Notes: generated by a model not told the origin, from the letters alone. A stretch of 64,000 bases of DNA from an uncultured Gammaproteobacteria bacterium (GCA_964518425.1 CAZFGG010000002.1:8453-72452), one strand, 5' to 3'; shown: positions 1-10,095, counted from the first letter of the stretch. Program-made: numbers and translations.

Positions 1-322
1 CGATATGAATCCAACGCCGCGCACCCAGGAGCGCAGTTCCCAAGCCGGGCATGAAGACGAGAATCAAGGCCGCGATCGTACCAATGAGGAGTGGGACCGA
101 CCACTTCCGCCAGTATTCATAGTCAATCCGGAAGGTTATCGCCAAGGCGACAATACCTACAGCCAGGCCGAGGAGTTGTTTTTTTAAGAAATAGTTGCTG
201 TCGCCAAAACGCTGGAACCCTAAGACCGATCCCGCGCTCGATAACATGACCAGCCCAAGCATAATTAAGACCAGGACTGTGGCCGCTAAAACGTAGTCAG
301 GTTGGTGGTATGTTCTTTTCAT
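1..322 (-). CDS. ftsW: Cell division protein FtsW/RodA (SEDS family), N-terminal part truncated by the window edge
   Basis: Reverse-strand translation from the ATG at 322-320 gives MKRTYHQPDYVLAATVLVLIMLGLVMLSSAGS...GLAVGIVALAITFRIDYEYWRKW. This is the typical SEDS N-terminus (DY..L..V..L..GLVM..SAS). The start overlaps the murD stop (ATGA). It is missing from the ORF track because it runs off the window. Confidence 0.6.
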   Translation of the reverse strand, partial: MKRTYHQPDYVLAATVLVLIMLGLVMLSSAGSVLGFQRFGDSNYFLKKQLLGLAVGIVALAITFRIDYEYWRKWSVPLLIGTIAALILVFMPGLGTALLGARRWIHI

Positions 323-1737
323 CGGAGTTCCCGAACTGCCCGGGTGAATTCGTCTCCCCGGTGAAACTCATGGACGAAGAGTCCAAAGCTTGCCGCCCCC
401 GGCGAGAGAACGATGGTTTGTTTCGGTCGGCTGAGCCTGATCGCTTGCTGAACTGCGTCCTTCATTGACAGAGCGATATGATGCTGGCGTCGATCACCCT
501 GACGACGGAGAGCCGCGAGGAGTTTCGTTGTCCCGGTACCTGGGAGAAAAACAATTCGAATCCGGGAAACGAGAAGTTTTTTTGCCAGCGTTGAAAATTT
601 TAGGCGTTTATCTGTCCCTCCGACAATGAATATGGCTTGTGGGAAAACATCAAGCGCGGCGATCGTGCCGTCAGGAGTTGTGGCAGTTGTATCATTGACG
701 AAGTCATGTCCCCGCCAAGTGCGAATGGTTTCTTGTCGACTCGGAACGCCAGTAAATGTTTTTATCGCCCGATGAATCTGGGCGGCCGTAACGTTGAGTG
801 AGCGGGCGACAGCGACAGCGGCCAAGATATTCTCCAAGTTATGTCGCCCGCGAAGTTGGACATCGGCGACGGGGAAAAGACGGCGGGTTGTTCCTCGATG
901 GTATTCGATGACCCAGTCGGCCCGTACGGTCAGACCATCTTGACCCCGCTGACCCGACGTCTGAAACCACCAGATGGTCGCCGGGGTTGACGCGACAGCT
1001 TGCCGAGTCCATCGATTTTGAGCGTTGACGATGGCTATGTCATCCGATCGCTGATACCGAAAGATGTTTTTTTTCGCCTGGCTGTACTCGTTCATTCCGT
1101 TATAGCGGTTGAGGTGATCAACCATGAGATTCGTCATGACCGCGACATGGGGGCTCCGTCGAACGAGGGGAAGATATTCGAGTTGAAACGAAGATAATTC
1201 CAAAACAGCCGTCATGTTCGGACGAAGCCGGTCAAGAACGTCAAGCATCATCGCTTGCCGAACATTGCCCGAGACAACGCTACGGCGGCGCGCGGCGGAT
1301 AATATATGGCCGAGTAGAAGGGTGGTCGTCGATTTACCTCGTGTGCCGGTAATACCGATAATTGGACACGGGCACCGCTCAAAAAAAATCGTGGTTTCGT
1401 TCAAGAGCGGCCGGCCGAGTTGCCGGGCCCGACGCACAACCGGATTCGTATCGGGAACGCCCTGATTGATGTACACAAACTCGGCCCATTTGACATCATC
1501 GAGGGAGTGCCCACCAAGATGCCACGTCACCCGCAGCCGTTTGAGTTTCTGGAGGGTTGGTTTGAGTTCGTTAGCCGTTTTCATGTCTTGCACTCGGACC
1601 TTCGCTCCTTGACGATACAACCAGCGAACCGCGCTGGCGGCGCCGCCATGAAGGCCAAGACCGACAACCAGGACACGACGATGGCGGAAAAAATCGCGGG
1701 CGGCAATGGTCTGCATGATACAACAATTATGCCACAA
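319..1737 (-). CDS. murD: UDP-N-acetylmuramoylalanine--D-glutamate ligase
   Basis: Mur ligase P-loop GITGTRGKSTTTLLLGHIL. N-terminal Rossmann VLVVGLGLHGGAASAVRWL is typical of MurD. It sits between mraY and ftsW as in dcw clusters. Confidence 0.85.
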   Translation of the reverse strand: MWHNCCIMQTIAARDFFRHRRVLVVGLGLHGGAASAVRWLYRQGAKVRVQDMKTANELKPTLQKLKRLRVTWHLGGHSLDDVKWAEFVYINQGVPDTNPVVRRARQLGRPLLNETTIFFERCPCPIIGITGTRGKSTTTLLLGHILSAARRRSVVSGNVRQAMMLDVLDRLRPNMTAVLELSSFQLEYLPLVRRSPHVAVMTNLMVDHLNRYNGMNEYSQAKKNIFRYQRSDDIAIVNAQNRWTRQAVASTPATIWWFQTSGQRGQDGLTVRADWVIEYHRGTTRRLFPVADVQLRGRHNLENILAAVAVARSLNVTAAQIHRAIKTFTGVPSRQETIRTWRGHDFVNDTTATTPDGTIAALDVFPQAIFIVGGTDKRLKFSTLAKKLLVSRIRIVFLPGTGTTKLLAALRRQGDRRQHHIALSMKDAVQQAIRLSRPKQTIVLSPGAASFGLFVHEFHRGDEFTRAVRELR

Positions 1738-1772
1738 AAAAGCGGATTGATCAACCCGCGAGGACGATGTGT

Positions 1773-2855
1773 TTAGCGACCTTTATCGACGAAAAAGAGG
1801 ACTAGGCCAACAACTGAAGACAGGGCCGAAATAATCCAAAATCGCATAACAATTTTTGATTCTGGCCAGCCTTGCGCTTCAAGATGATGGTGCAGTGGCG
1901 CGGATAAGAAAATTTTCCGACCACGAATTTTTTTCGACAAGACCTGAAGGATAACCGAGAACGCCTCGATGACGAACGGCAAGCAAATGATTGGTAGGAG
2001 TAAGGCCGAATTGGTCAACATGGCGATGACTCCGAGCGTCACCCCCAGGCCCATCGCACCAGTATCACCCATAAAGAAACGGGCGGGCGGGATATTGAAC
2101 CACAGGAAAGCGGTCAGGGCGCCAACAATGACCGCAATAAAACTGGCTAATTCTATTTTGCCCTGACTCATGGCAATGACTCCAAACGTGGCAAAACTTG
2201 CTAAGAGCAAGCCTCCGGCCAGACCGTCAAGACCGTCGGTAATATCAACTGAGAAACCGGTGGCGACGATGACCAAGATGAATAGTGGAGCATACCAGCC
2301 ACCGACGTAGTGCAGGTGAAAAGGCAAACTGACAAAGCTACCAATATCGACATTCCCGACAAAGGGAATATGCAACGTTGTCCAATCCAATTTGGAGGTG
2401 AACCACCAGGCTCCGATCACAGCGATGAGGGTGAAGAGAAGTAAACGTTGGCGAACTCGCAGACCGCCGCCGTGTGCACCCTGCTGACGGATATTGTAAA
2501 TATCGTCCACTAAACCGATGACTGCTGCCAGAACCATCAGGCCCATCGGCAAGTATGTTTCTGAACGCGACCAAAAATTCAGATCGTGCCACAATCCATG
2601 CGGCACTACCCGACTGAGGAACCAGGCGGCGATCGCTAAGACCAAGGTCGTCCCCCAGACCAAGACGCCAGCCATCGTAGGCGTCCCCGCTTTACGAGCG
2701 TGGAGGGCGCTGAAAATTGGCGTCTCTTTCTCATCACGAATCTGCTTCCCTAAACGGTGACGGTAAAGAAAGTTCGTCAGGGCCGGCGTCACGATGGCCG
2801 TGACGAGGCTGGAGGTAATCACTAACGTGAAGAGAACAACGATCGGGGCGGTCAT
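1773..2855 (-). CDS. mraY: Phospho-N-acetylmuramoyl-pentapeptide transferase; the ORF track extends to 2945 but the likely start is the internal Met (MTAPIV...) at 2855
   Basis: Polytopic membrane protein with MraY/WecA family motifs (DDIYN..., HHHLE region). The internal ATG at 2855 abuts the stop of the upstream small ORF at 2852. Confidence 0.8.
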   Translation of the reverse strand: MTAPIVVLFTLVITSSLVTAIVTPALTNFLYRHRLGKQIRDEKETPIFSALHARKAGTPTMAGVLVWGTTLVLAIAAWFLSRVVPHGLWHDLNFWSRSETYLPMGLMVLAAVIGLVDDIYNIRQQGAHGGGLRVRQRLLLFTLIAVIGAWWFTSKLDWTTLHIPFVGNVDIGSFVSLPFHLHYVGGWYAPLFILVIVATGFSVDITDGLDGLAGGLLLASFATFGVIAMSQGKIELASFIAVIVGALTAFLWFNIPPARFFMGDTGAMGLGVTLGVIAMLTNSALLLPIICLPFVIEAFSVILQVLSKKIRGRKIFLSAPLHHHLEAQGWPESKIVMRFWIISALSSVVGLVLFFVDKGR

Positions 2856-3226
2856 ACCGATTGAATAACTGCTAGGAGTGTTAAGCTCGTTGCCAAGAGC
2901 AAGACGTTGAGTGTCAGTGTAATAATGGACATCATCCGGCGCCATAACTCATGGTCGTCGAAGACGTTCAACATGAGATTACTGAGAATGATGACAAGTC
3001 CCATCGCCGGCAAGAGAAAAACCCGCAGGCGAGGAACCGTTAGATCGGGTCCGAAGTATATGGTATAGTGCAGCGGTAAGAGTGATGATTGTCGATCAGC
3101 GAGGCGGGTGATCGATAACCAAGTTAATCCATTCCCCAGTGCGGCCAGCCCAACAGACCACCGAACCAAACGGTCGCTGCGCCATCCTCGCCAGAGTTGT
3201 TGTCTCCATTCGTGAAATCGTATCAT
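2852..3226 (-). CDS. Small hypothetical membrane protein (about 2-3 TM) in the position normally held by murF/murE
   Basis: ORF of 124 aa with hydrophobic segments. Its stop overlaps the probable mraY start. No recognisable family. Its 5' end overlaps the divergent GT-C gene by 30 nt, so the true start may be internal. Confidence 0.3.
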   Translation of the reverse strand: MIRFHEWRQQLWRGWRSDRLVRWSVGLAALGNGLTWLSITRLADRQSSLLPLHYTIYFGPDLTVPRLRVFLLPAMGLVIILSNLMLNVFDDHELWRRMMSIITLTLNVLLLATSLTLLAVIQSV

Positions 3227-4978
3227 CCACCACGTCTCATCATCCTAGCTCTGTTGATCATCGGCTTAGCCGGTGTGATGCAGTGTATCGGCGCCTGGCA
3301 AGATAGTCAAACGACTGATGAAGCAGTCCATTTGTCGGCCGGACGAAGTTACTGGCAGACTGGAGATTTTCGGCTGAACCCAGAGCATCCGCCACTGATA
3401 AAATTGTTGGCGGCTGCTCCCCTCTTGCTGATTCCTTCAACGCGGATTGATACGCATTCCGGCTGGTGGCAAGAGCGGCAGGAATGGATGGTCGGGATCA
3501 CCATGCTCTACGGGGCCGATCCAGCACATTCCGCAGCCCAGAAGATTATGTTCCTGGGCCGCCTGCCGATGATCCTCGTCTGGGCAGCGCTCGGGTGGCT
3601 GATCTTTACGTGGGCGCGAAAACGATGGGGGGCGTTGGCCGGACTGCTCAGCCTGACCGCCTACAGTTTCGATCCAAACTTTTTAGGACATGGCCACTTG
3701 GTCACTACTGATCTTGGTTTGACCTTGGGCTTTTTGGCCACGATCTGGCTACTGGAAAAATTTCTCCTCCGTCCATCATGGTCCAGTCTGGGGTGGTTAA
3801 GTTTTGTTTTCGCCCTGACTCAGGTGACAAAATTCTCGGCAATTATTCTCTGGGTTATTGTTCCGTTGGTCGCGCTCATTCGATTCCTCTACCGGCCAGC
3901 GACCTTCTCTGGTCAGTGGTGGTGGCGCATGCTAGCTGGATTGGTCATCGTGACGAGCCTAGTCACTTGGGCCGTCTATGGATTCGAAGTCAAGCGGATC
4001 AATACTGATCCGCGCATTGGACAACTCTGGCAAGAACGCCAGACTGTGATCACTTCAGGGACTCTCTCGCAACAACCGCCGATTGTCCAAAAGGTTATTG
4101 CTTGGTCTGATCCTTCAACCTCGACCGGACGTTTCCTGATGCATGCGAGTCACTGGCCCGTCCCGGCCTACAGTTACTGGCGTGGTTTATTTTCAACCCT
4201 GAGCCACGATGTCTTCGGGCACCCGGCCTACCTCCTCGGGCAAACGTCGATGAATGGTTGGTGGTACTACTTCCCGATAGCCCTGCTGGTCAAAACGCCG
4301 TCACCAACGTTGATCTTGATTCTCGTGGCCGGAGCCCTTGGCCTTTGGCGGCTACTCTCATGGCCGAAGAGAACACCCTGGTCCCAGCGAATTCCTTTCA
4401 GCGCTTGGATCCTCGGTTTCCCGCCCGTGGTCTTTTTCGCGTGGAGCATGACCAGTCACATTAATATCGGCTTACGGCATATTTTCCCCGTTGAACCTTT
4501 TTTGTTCCTGGCCATTGGCAGCATGGCCTCTGCGCCGATCCTCACCAATCACGTTGCCAGGAAAAAAATGCTGGTCGGGGCGCTCGGTACGCTCCCGCTC
4601 TTGGCTGTCCTGAGCTGGCCAAATACCATCGGCTATTTTTCGGAAATCATTGGTGGCCCGCGGCAAGGATATCAGTATCTCCTCGACTCAAACCTTGATT
4701 GGAATCAAGATATCTGGCGCTTGAGAAATTTTCTGCAGCTGCAGCACTTCCCTGAGGTCCACCTTGTCCTGTTCGGTTCGATCCCCTATCGGAATATCTT
4801 CCCAACAACACTGCCTGTCCTCGAGGACCAAGCCATCGCCTCCGGGCAACGTCCCAGCGGCATCGTCATTATTTCGGCTGGGCAACTCTATAATCAAGAT
4901 GGTCCTTTCGCCTGGCTTCGGTCATACCGTCCGCAGTGGCGGATCGGCTCATCAATTTCTGTTTACGACTTCCGTTGA
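3197..4978 (+). CDS. GT-C superfamily glycosyltransferase, ArnT/PMT-like (polyprenyl-phosphate-sugar dependent)
   Basis: 593 aa with more than 10 TM segments. DE motif in the first extracytoplasmic loop (TTDEAVHLSAGRSYWQTGDFRLNPEHPPLIKLL), characteristic of the GT39/GT83 PMT_2 family. Confidence 0.7.
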   Translation: MLSPFVKSYHPPRLIILALLIIGLAGVMQCIGAWQDSQTTDEAVHLSAGRSYWQTGDFRLNPEHPPLIKLLAAAPLLLIPSTRIDTHSGWWQERQEWMVGITMLYGADPAHSAAQKIMFLGRLPMILVWAALGWLIFTWARKRWGALAGLLSLTAYSFDPNFLGHGHLVTTDLGLTLGFLATIWLLEKFLLRPSWSSLGWLSFVFALTQVTKFSAIILWVIVPLVALIRFLYRPATFSGQWWWRMLAGLVIVTSLVTWAVYGFEVKRINTDPRIGQLWQERQTVITSGTLSQQPPIVQKVIAWSDPSTSTGRFLMHASHWPVPAYSYWRGLFSTLSHDVFGHPAYLLGQTSMNGWWYYFPIALLVKTPSPTLILILVAGALGLWRLLSWPKRTPWSQRIPFSAWILGFPPVVFFAWSMTSHINIGLRHIFPVEPFLFLAIGSMASAPILTNHVARKKMLVGALGTLPLLAVLSWPNTIGYFSEIIGGPRQGYQYLLDSNLDWNQDIWRLRNFLQLQHFPEVHLVLFGSIPYRNIFPTTLPVLEDQAIASGQRPSGIVIISAGQLYNQDGPFAWLRSYRPQWRIGSSISVYDFR

Positions 4979-5003
4979 CTTCTGAGCTTGGATATGCTAT
5001 AAT
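4975..5003 (+). promoter_or_regulatory. Sigma70-type promoter for the pilus operon: TTGACT-N17-TATAAT with extended TGc
   Basis: TTGACT at 4975-4980, 17-nt spacer, TGcTATAAT at 4995-5003, about 55 nt upstream of the pilB ATG. Confidence 0.5.
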
Positions 5004-5059
5004 CTCTGCATTCGATTGTGTACGTTGTAACAAAAACTCATTGACCACTTGGCGCCGAC

Positions 5060-6781
5060 ATGGCCCATGAACAAACACTCCGGCGGATTCTTGAACAAAC
5101 GAAGGTTTTAACGCCGGATCAGTTGAATCAAGCAAGTACTGAAGCTAAACAGCGACATGTTTCTTTAGCTGATGTTTTGATTGGTCAAAACCTGGTCAGC
5201 GAACCAGTTTTGTACGAAACATTGGCCAGTGGTTTAAAACTTCCGTTCGTTGACCTGACCACACAGAACCTGCGACGCGATGTCCTGACCCTCCTGCCCG
5301 AACCAATCATCCAGGCCCATAATATCGTCATCTTCGATAAAACTGACCGTGAGCTGAAGCTCGCCATGGTCGATCAAGATGACCTCGAAATGATCGACTT
5401 CGTTGAAAAGAAGATTGGCTTACGGCCGGTCGTCTACCTGACAACGCCCTCGAGCATTAAGGCGGCCCTCCAGCAATATCGGAAAACCCTTCGAACCGAA
5501 TTCGAATCTTCAGAAATCCGCGATGAACAACCGTCGACTGCTGAAGATCTCAAGGAATTAGCCCGGGATATCCCGGTCGTCAAGCTGGTCGATAATATTC
5601 TCGAGTACGCTATTTTCGAGAGCGCTTCAGACATCCACATTGAACCATCAGAGCAAGAAACCACCGTCCGATACCGAATTGACGGCGTCTTAAAGCAGGT
5701 CATGAAACTCCCGAAGAAGGTCCAGGCCGGCGTGGTGGCTCGGATAAAAATCTTGTCTAACCTCAAAATTGATGAACATCGCTTGCCCCAAGACGGCCGG
5801 TTCAAGATGAAAACAGATGAGTACCATGTCGCCTTCCGGGTCAGTATTCTCCCTGTTTTCGATGGCGAAAAAATTGTCCTCCGTTTGCTCAACGAATCGG
5901 CCCAGGTTCTGACGCTGGAACAGCTGGGTTTCCAGCCCCAAGTCCTCGAAATGGTCAAGCGGAACATCAGCAAGCCTCACGGCCAAATTTTCGTCAGCGG
6001 TCCGACCGGATCAGGAAAAACAACCACGCTCTATACTATTCTTTCAATCCTCGACACGCCGGAAGTGAACGTGGCCACCATTGAAGACCCGATTGAGTAT
6101 CGGATGCCTGGAGTTAATCAAACACAGGTCAACCCGAAAATTGGAATGACCTTCGCGGCCGGCTTGCGATCATTACTCCGACAAGACCCGAATATCATCA
6201 TGGTCGGAGAAATTCGTGACGAGGAAACCGCCGAAATTTCCGCTCACGCGGCTTTAACCGGACACTTGGTCTTATCAACGATCCACACCAACGACGCGGT
6301 CACGGTTTTACCTCGCCTGACTGAAATGAAAGTTCCAGCCTTCCTGATTGCCAGTACCACCAACCTGATTATTGCTCAACGTTTGGTCAGAAAAATTTGC
6401 CATAACTGTATTGAAAGTTACACGCTGAGCGAAAAGGCCCTGGAAGAATTGAGCAAACAAATTAACGTCGATTATCTCCTCAAGACGCTCGTCGGCGGCG
6501 GAGCTATTCTGCCAAACCAAAATGTTCGCGAATTACTTTTTTATCGTGGCCGTGGTTGTACCCAATGCGGCCGGACCGGGTACAAGGGCCGGGTTGGTAT
6601 TTATGAAGCCCTGGAGATGGATTCCGAACTTTCCCAAGTTATGCTCGAAAATGGAACGGCCGAAGATTTACGGAAAGTCGCGAGTAAGAAAGGGATGCTG
6701 ACAATGATTCAAGATGGGTTCCTCAAAGCCAAGTCCGGCGTGACAGCGATTGAAGAAATTCTGCGCGTGACCAAGGAATAA
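5060..6781 (+). CDS. pilB: Type IV pilus assembly ATPase PilB / GspE family
   Basis: T2SSE_N-like N-domain. Walker A VSGPTGSGKTTTLYTIL. Tetracysteine CHNC...CTQCGRTGYKGR typical of GspE/PilB. Confidence 0.9.
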   Translation: MAHEQTLRRILEQTKVLTPDQLNQASTEAKQRHVSLADVLIGQNLVSEPVLYETLASGLKLPFVDLTTQNLRRDVLTLLPEPIIQAHNIVIFDKTDRELKLAMVDQDDLEMIDFVEKKIGLRPVVYLTTPSSIKAALQQYRKTLRTEFESSEIRDEQPSTAEDLKELARDIPVVKLVDNILEYAIFESASDIHIEPSEQETTVRYRIDGVLKQVMKLPKKVQAGVVARIKILSNLKIDEHRLPQDGRFKMKTDEYHVAFRVSILPVFDGEKIVLRLLNESAQVLTLEQLGFQPQVLEMVKRNISKPHGQIFVSGPTGSGKTTTLYTILSILDTPEVNVATIEDPIEYRMPGVNQTQVNPKIGMTFAAGLRSLLRQDPNIIMVGEIRDEETAEISAHAALTGHLVLSTIHTNDAVTVLPRLTEMKVPAFLIASTTNLIIAQRLVRKICHNCIESYTLSEKALEELSKQINVDYLLKTLVGGGAILPNQNVRELLFYRGRGCTQCGRTGYKGRVGIYEALEMDSELSQVMLENGTAEDLRKVASKKGMLTMIQDGFLKAKSGVTAIEEILRVTKE

Positions 6782-6784
6782 TCT

Positions 6785-8005
6785 ATGGCTGTCTACGATT
6801 ACATCGCTAAGGACGCACGGGGTAAAACAAGTAAAGGCCAGATCGTGGCTGAGAATGAGCGCAGCTTGGCGGCTCAGCTTCAGACCCAGAACTTAACGCT
6901 GACCTCAGCCACGCCGGAAGGGGCAAAAAAACCGGACGTGGTGAGTTCGTTCCTGGAAAAACTCCAAGGTGTACCGGTCGTTCAGAAGATTTTCTTCACG
7001 CAAAACTTGGGAGTTATGTTGCGTGGCGGCTTTTCCATCGGTCGCGCCATGGGCACCTTGGCTATGCAGACGTCGCATAAGTATTTCAAAAAAGTTATTT
7101 TGAACCTGCAAAATGATCTTGAAAGTGGCATGACCTTTGCTCAAGCCCTGCGGAAATACCCTCGTGTTTTCTCTGAGCTCTTCATTAACATGGTCGCGGC
7201 CGGTGAAGCCAGCGGGAAACTTGATGATGTTCTGAAGAGTTTGACGACCCAAATGAAAAAAGATTTTGCCTTGGTCAGCAAAGTCAAAGGAGCTATGACC
7301 TATCCGATCGTCGTCATTATCGCTATGCTTGGAGCTGGGGTAGCCATGATCACCTTAGTCATCCCTAAACTCCAAGATGTTTTTAGCCAGAACGGAGCGA
7401 CCTTACCCCTTCCGACAAGAGTCCTCATCGCAACGTCAGACGCGTTGATCCATCATGGCTTCGTTATTGCCTTGGTGGCGATCGTGGTTGTTGTTATTTT
7501 TGTTGTCCTCGGTCGAACAGAGCGAGGCCGTTGGATTGTTGACAGCGTTTTGTTGAACATACCGATTACTGGCCCGATCATCAAAAAGATTAACGTCGCT
7601 CGATTCACTCGCAGTTTAAGTTCCATGTTGGCGACCGATATCCCGATCATCCAAACCTTTCAGATCATCGGCCGGACCTTAACCAGCCCCCACTTCCGCC
7701 GGTCAATTGATGACGCTGGTCAAGAACTCCGGAGTGGCGTAACGATTGGTAAGGTCTTAGCCCGATATCCCCGCTTGTACCCACCGCTCGTCCAGCAAAT
7801 GATCGCCGTTGGCGAAGAGAGCGGTACACTTGATGAGGTGGCCGGAGACCTAGCGACATTCTTCGAAGAAGAAGTTGATCAGACAATGTCCAATCTCTCA
7901 ACCATCATCGAGCCGGTCCTCCTCCTGGTCCTGGGCGGAGCCGTGGCGGGAATGGCCTTGGCCATTATGTTGCCCATCTATAACCTTAGCCAGCAAATTT
8001 CTTAA
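6785..8005 (+). CDS. pilC: Type IV pilus platform protein PilC / GspF family
   Basis: 406 aa with two GspF-type repeats and 3 TM. Immediately downstream of pilB. Confidence 0.85.
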   Translation: MAVYDYIAKDARGKTSKGQIVAENERSLAAQLQTQNLTLTSATPEGAKKPDVVSSFLEKLQGVPVVQKIFFTQNLGVMLRGGFSIGRAMGTLAMQTSHKYFKKVILNLQNDLESGMTFAQALRKYPRVFSELFINMVAAGEASGKLDDVLKSLTTQMKKDFALVSKVKGAMTYPIVVIIAMLGAGVAMITLVIPKLQDVFSQNGATLPLPTRVLIATSDALIHHGFVIALVAIVVVVIFVVLGRTERGRWIVDSVLLNIPITGPIIKKINVARFTRSLSSMLATDIPIIQTFQIIGRTLTSPHFRRSIDDAGQELRSGVTIGKVLARYPRLYPPLVQQMIAVGEESGTLDEVAGDLATFFEEEVDQTMSNLSTIIEPVLLLVLGGAVAGMALAIMLPIYNLSQQIS

Positions 8006-8006
8006 C

Positions 8007-9041
8007 ATGCGTAGCCAGGGTCTCGACATCAGTGATTCCTTCATCCGCTTGGTCATCCTCGAGCGGCGAGGGCATACCTATACGTTGCCGGTCCGGGCAG
8101 AAATTCCCGTTCCTGGTGGAGCGATTGTTAATGGAGAAATCCGTCAAAGTAGCCAGGTGGCGACTGCCCTACGTGAGCTCTTTTCGGCCGCCGGCATTAA
8201 GTCGGCCCAACCAATCGTTGGACTACCAGAACGGCATACCTTTATTAAATTGATCCCGCTCGACGTGACCGATGTCAGCGACGAAGCGATTGCCAAAGCG
8301 ATTGATAACGTGGCCGAACAACACGTCCCCTACCCACTCCGAGAAACGACGTATGATTGGCAGCGTCTCCCGCAGCGGAATTCACTGGGACAAGTCCAGG
8401 TTGTTCTCGGAGCTGCCCCGAAGGAAATCGTCACCAGCTACTTGGATGTCCTACAGCAAGCGGGTATTACCCCCAGAAGTTTAGATATTGAATCGTTGGC
8501 TATGGCCCGAGCAACATTTCGGCCAGGACAAGCCCCAGGCAGCCATATTCTGCTCGACCTAGGCCGATCGCGTTCAACACTGACGCTCGTCCAAGACGAG
8601 ATCGTCCAATTCAGCACGACGGTTCGGTACGCCGGGAAAGAGCTCAACCAGTATATCGCTGATGCCCTCAATATTTCTGATCAACAAGCCGAGCGAGCAA
8701 AGAATTTATTCGGATTAGACCCGAAGCGAGGAAAAGGAGTGCTCCGAAAAGTTCTGGCTCCGCAAGTTGATGCACTGGCCGAAAAAATACGTGAATTAGA
8801 AGATTTCTATAGCGAGCATTTTGTGGATCATCAACCTATCCACGACGTCGCCTTAACCGGCAGCGGCGCGATGCTCAGGTCAATTGACACGGAGTTGGGT
8901 CAGCGACTTTCCTTACCGGTCCATCGACAACCGGCTTGGGTCTACGAAGACTTACACCACGAAGACGCTCAGACTCCGGAAGAAATTGGATTATCATATA
9001 GCACGGCCATCGGCTTAGCCCTTCAACCTTTTCTCTCATGA
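8007..9041 (+). CDS. pilM: Type IV pilus assembly protein PilM (actin-like ATPase fold)
   Basis: Starts at MRSQGLDISDSFIRLVILE (ATG 8007). The track ORF from 7875 is an out-of-context upstream extension overlapping pilC. PilM-like motifs and the gene order pilM-N-O. Confidence 0.75.
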   Translation: MRSQGLDISDSFIRLVILERRGHTYTLPVRAEIPVPGGAIVNGEIRQSSQVATALRELFSAAGIKSAQPIVGLPERHTFIKLIPLDVTDVSDEAIAKAIDNVAEQHVPYPLRETTYDWQRLPQRNSLGQVQVVLGAAPKEIVTSYLDVLQQAGITPRSLDIESLAMARATFRPGQAPGSHILLDLGRSRSTLTLVQDEIVQFSTTVRYAGKELNQYIADALNISDQQAERAKNLFGLDPKRGKGVLRKVLAPQVDALAEKIRELEDFYSEHFVDHQPIHDVALTGSGAMLRSIDTELGQRLSLPVHRQPAWVYEDLHHEDAQTPEEIGLSYSTAIGLALQPFLS

Positions 9042-9568
9042 TGAGCTTTAATCTCTTGCCGCCCGATCGGAAATTGGCCATGGCTCGATCCGCCGAATTT
9101 GGCCGTTGGCAACCGGCCATGATTGGCATAGCTGCGTTCAGCCTCGGCCTCTTGGGATTAACTTTTTTTGCTAACGCTATGCTGGTACAACACGAACGGA
9201 CGGTTCAAGCTAGCCTAGCAAGTTCCCAAACGAGTGGGCGGCGCGAGATCGGTGACATCACCGCTCAAACTTCTCAGCTCAATCAAACTATTTCCGACCT
9301 CACCATCGGTTTACCACAAGCGCGATCATGGAGCGCTGATCTGACAAAAATTATTACCCTGCTGCCTGACGATATTAGTATTACCAACATCAAGATGACC
9401 AATGATGGCCACCTCACGCTCGAGGGCCTTGCAAAGACCCGTTTGGCCTTTCTTTCGCTTCAGACTATCCTGACGTCGACCCCGATCTTAAAAAATGTGA
9501 ACACATCATCCACGGCCTCCCGGCGGGATAATGTTCCGTTTTCATATACCGCCACTCTCGCTTTATGA
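9038..9568 (+). CDS. pilN: PilN-like bitopic membrane protein
   Basis: 176 aa, single N-terminal TM after a short cytoplasmic tail, coiled-coil region. Start overlaps the pilM stop. Confidence 0.5.
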   Translation: MMSFNLLPPDRKLAMARSAEFGRWQPAMIGIAAFSLGLLGLTFFANAMLVQHERTVQASLASSQTSGRREIGDITAQTSQLNQTISDLTIGLPQARSWSADLTKIITLLPDDISITNIKMTNDGHLTLEGLAKTRLAFLSLQTILTSTPILKNVNTSSTASRRDNVPFSYTATLAL

Positions 9569-10095
9569 CACCACTGAGCTCACGTCAGCGAATGATAGCC
9601 ATGGCTGCGATTTGTGGTTTTGTGACCGTGGGATCACTGGCGGCCACATTTATCTTTGAGTTGCCGGCGGCAGCTAAGCACCGACTGGCTATTGATAACG
9701 CGCGCGCTACTATATTACTCGAGACGCAGCGATTACAGAACGTCCAGGCCGCCGCAAAACAACTGGCTGCGCTGCATGATCAGCAGACTGTCTTGGACGC
9801 TCAGATTTGGAAATTTAGCAATGAAGAAAGTTTTTTCTCCCTATGGACAGATTTGGCTCATCAAACTGGCACAAAAATTGATGATCCTGTCGTCGCTGAC
9901 GCCACCCCGGGAACCGCGCCAGTCAAGCGATCAGTCGATCTAACCGTCACGGGGCCGGCAAATAATGTTATGGCTGCGCTGGTGGCTATTCAACGCCTTA
10001 CCCCGCTCGTGGCCATGCGCACCGTCGTCCTCGCTCCGGGTACAGCGAGCGGCCAAGTCGCGGCCACCATAACTGCTTCAACCATATGGAATTAG
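9565..10095 (+). CDS. pilO: PilO-like bitopic membrane protein
   Basis: 176 aa, N-terminal TM, coiled coil. Translationally coupled to pilN. Confidence 0.45.
   Translation: MTPLSSRQRMIAMAAICGFVTVGSLAATFIFELPAAAKHRLAIDNARATILLETQRLQNVQAAAKQLAALHDQQTVLDAQIWKFSNEESFFSLWTDLAHQTGTKIDDPVVADATPGTAPVKRSVDLTVTGPANNVMAALVAIQRLTPLVAMRTVVLAPGTASGQVAATITASTIWN

Noticed and set aside
5-187. Plus-strand 60-aa ORF at the window start
   Set aside because: The same DNA read on the minus strand gives a convincing FtsW/RodA N-terminus that is translationally coupled to murD. The plus-strand peptide is low-complexity and charged with no start context.
5434-5986. Antisense ORFs of 179 and 98 aa inside pilB. Similar shadow ORFs occur inside pyrG, ctpA, murA, the S8 protease, malQ and other genes.
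   Set aside because: They lie opposite well-supported conserved genes, have Arg/Ser-rich composition typical of GC-rich antisense frames, and no start signals. Treated as non-coding.
7875-8006. Upstream in-frame extension of the pilM ORF (track start 7875) overlapping pilC by 130 nt
   Set aside because: The extension (MIRQCPISQPSSSRSSSWSW...) is low-complexity and sits in a different frame over the conserved pilC C-terminus. The ATG at 8007 directly follows the pilC stop.
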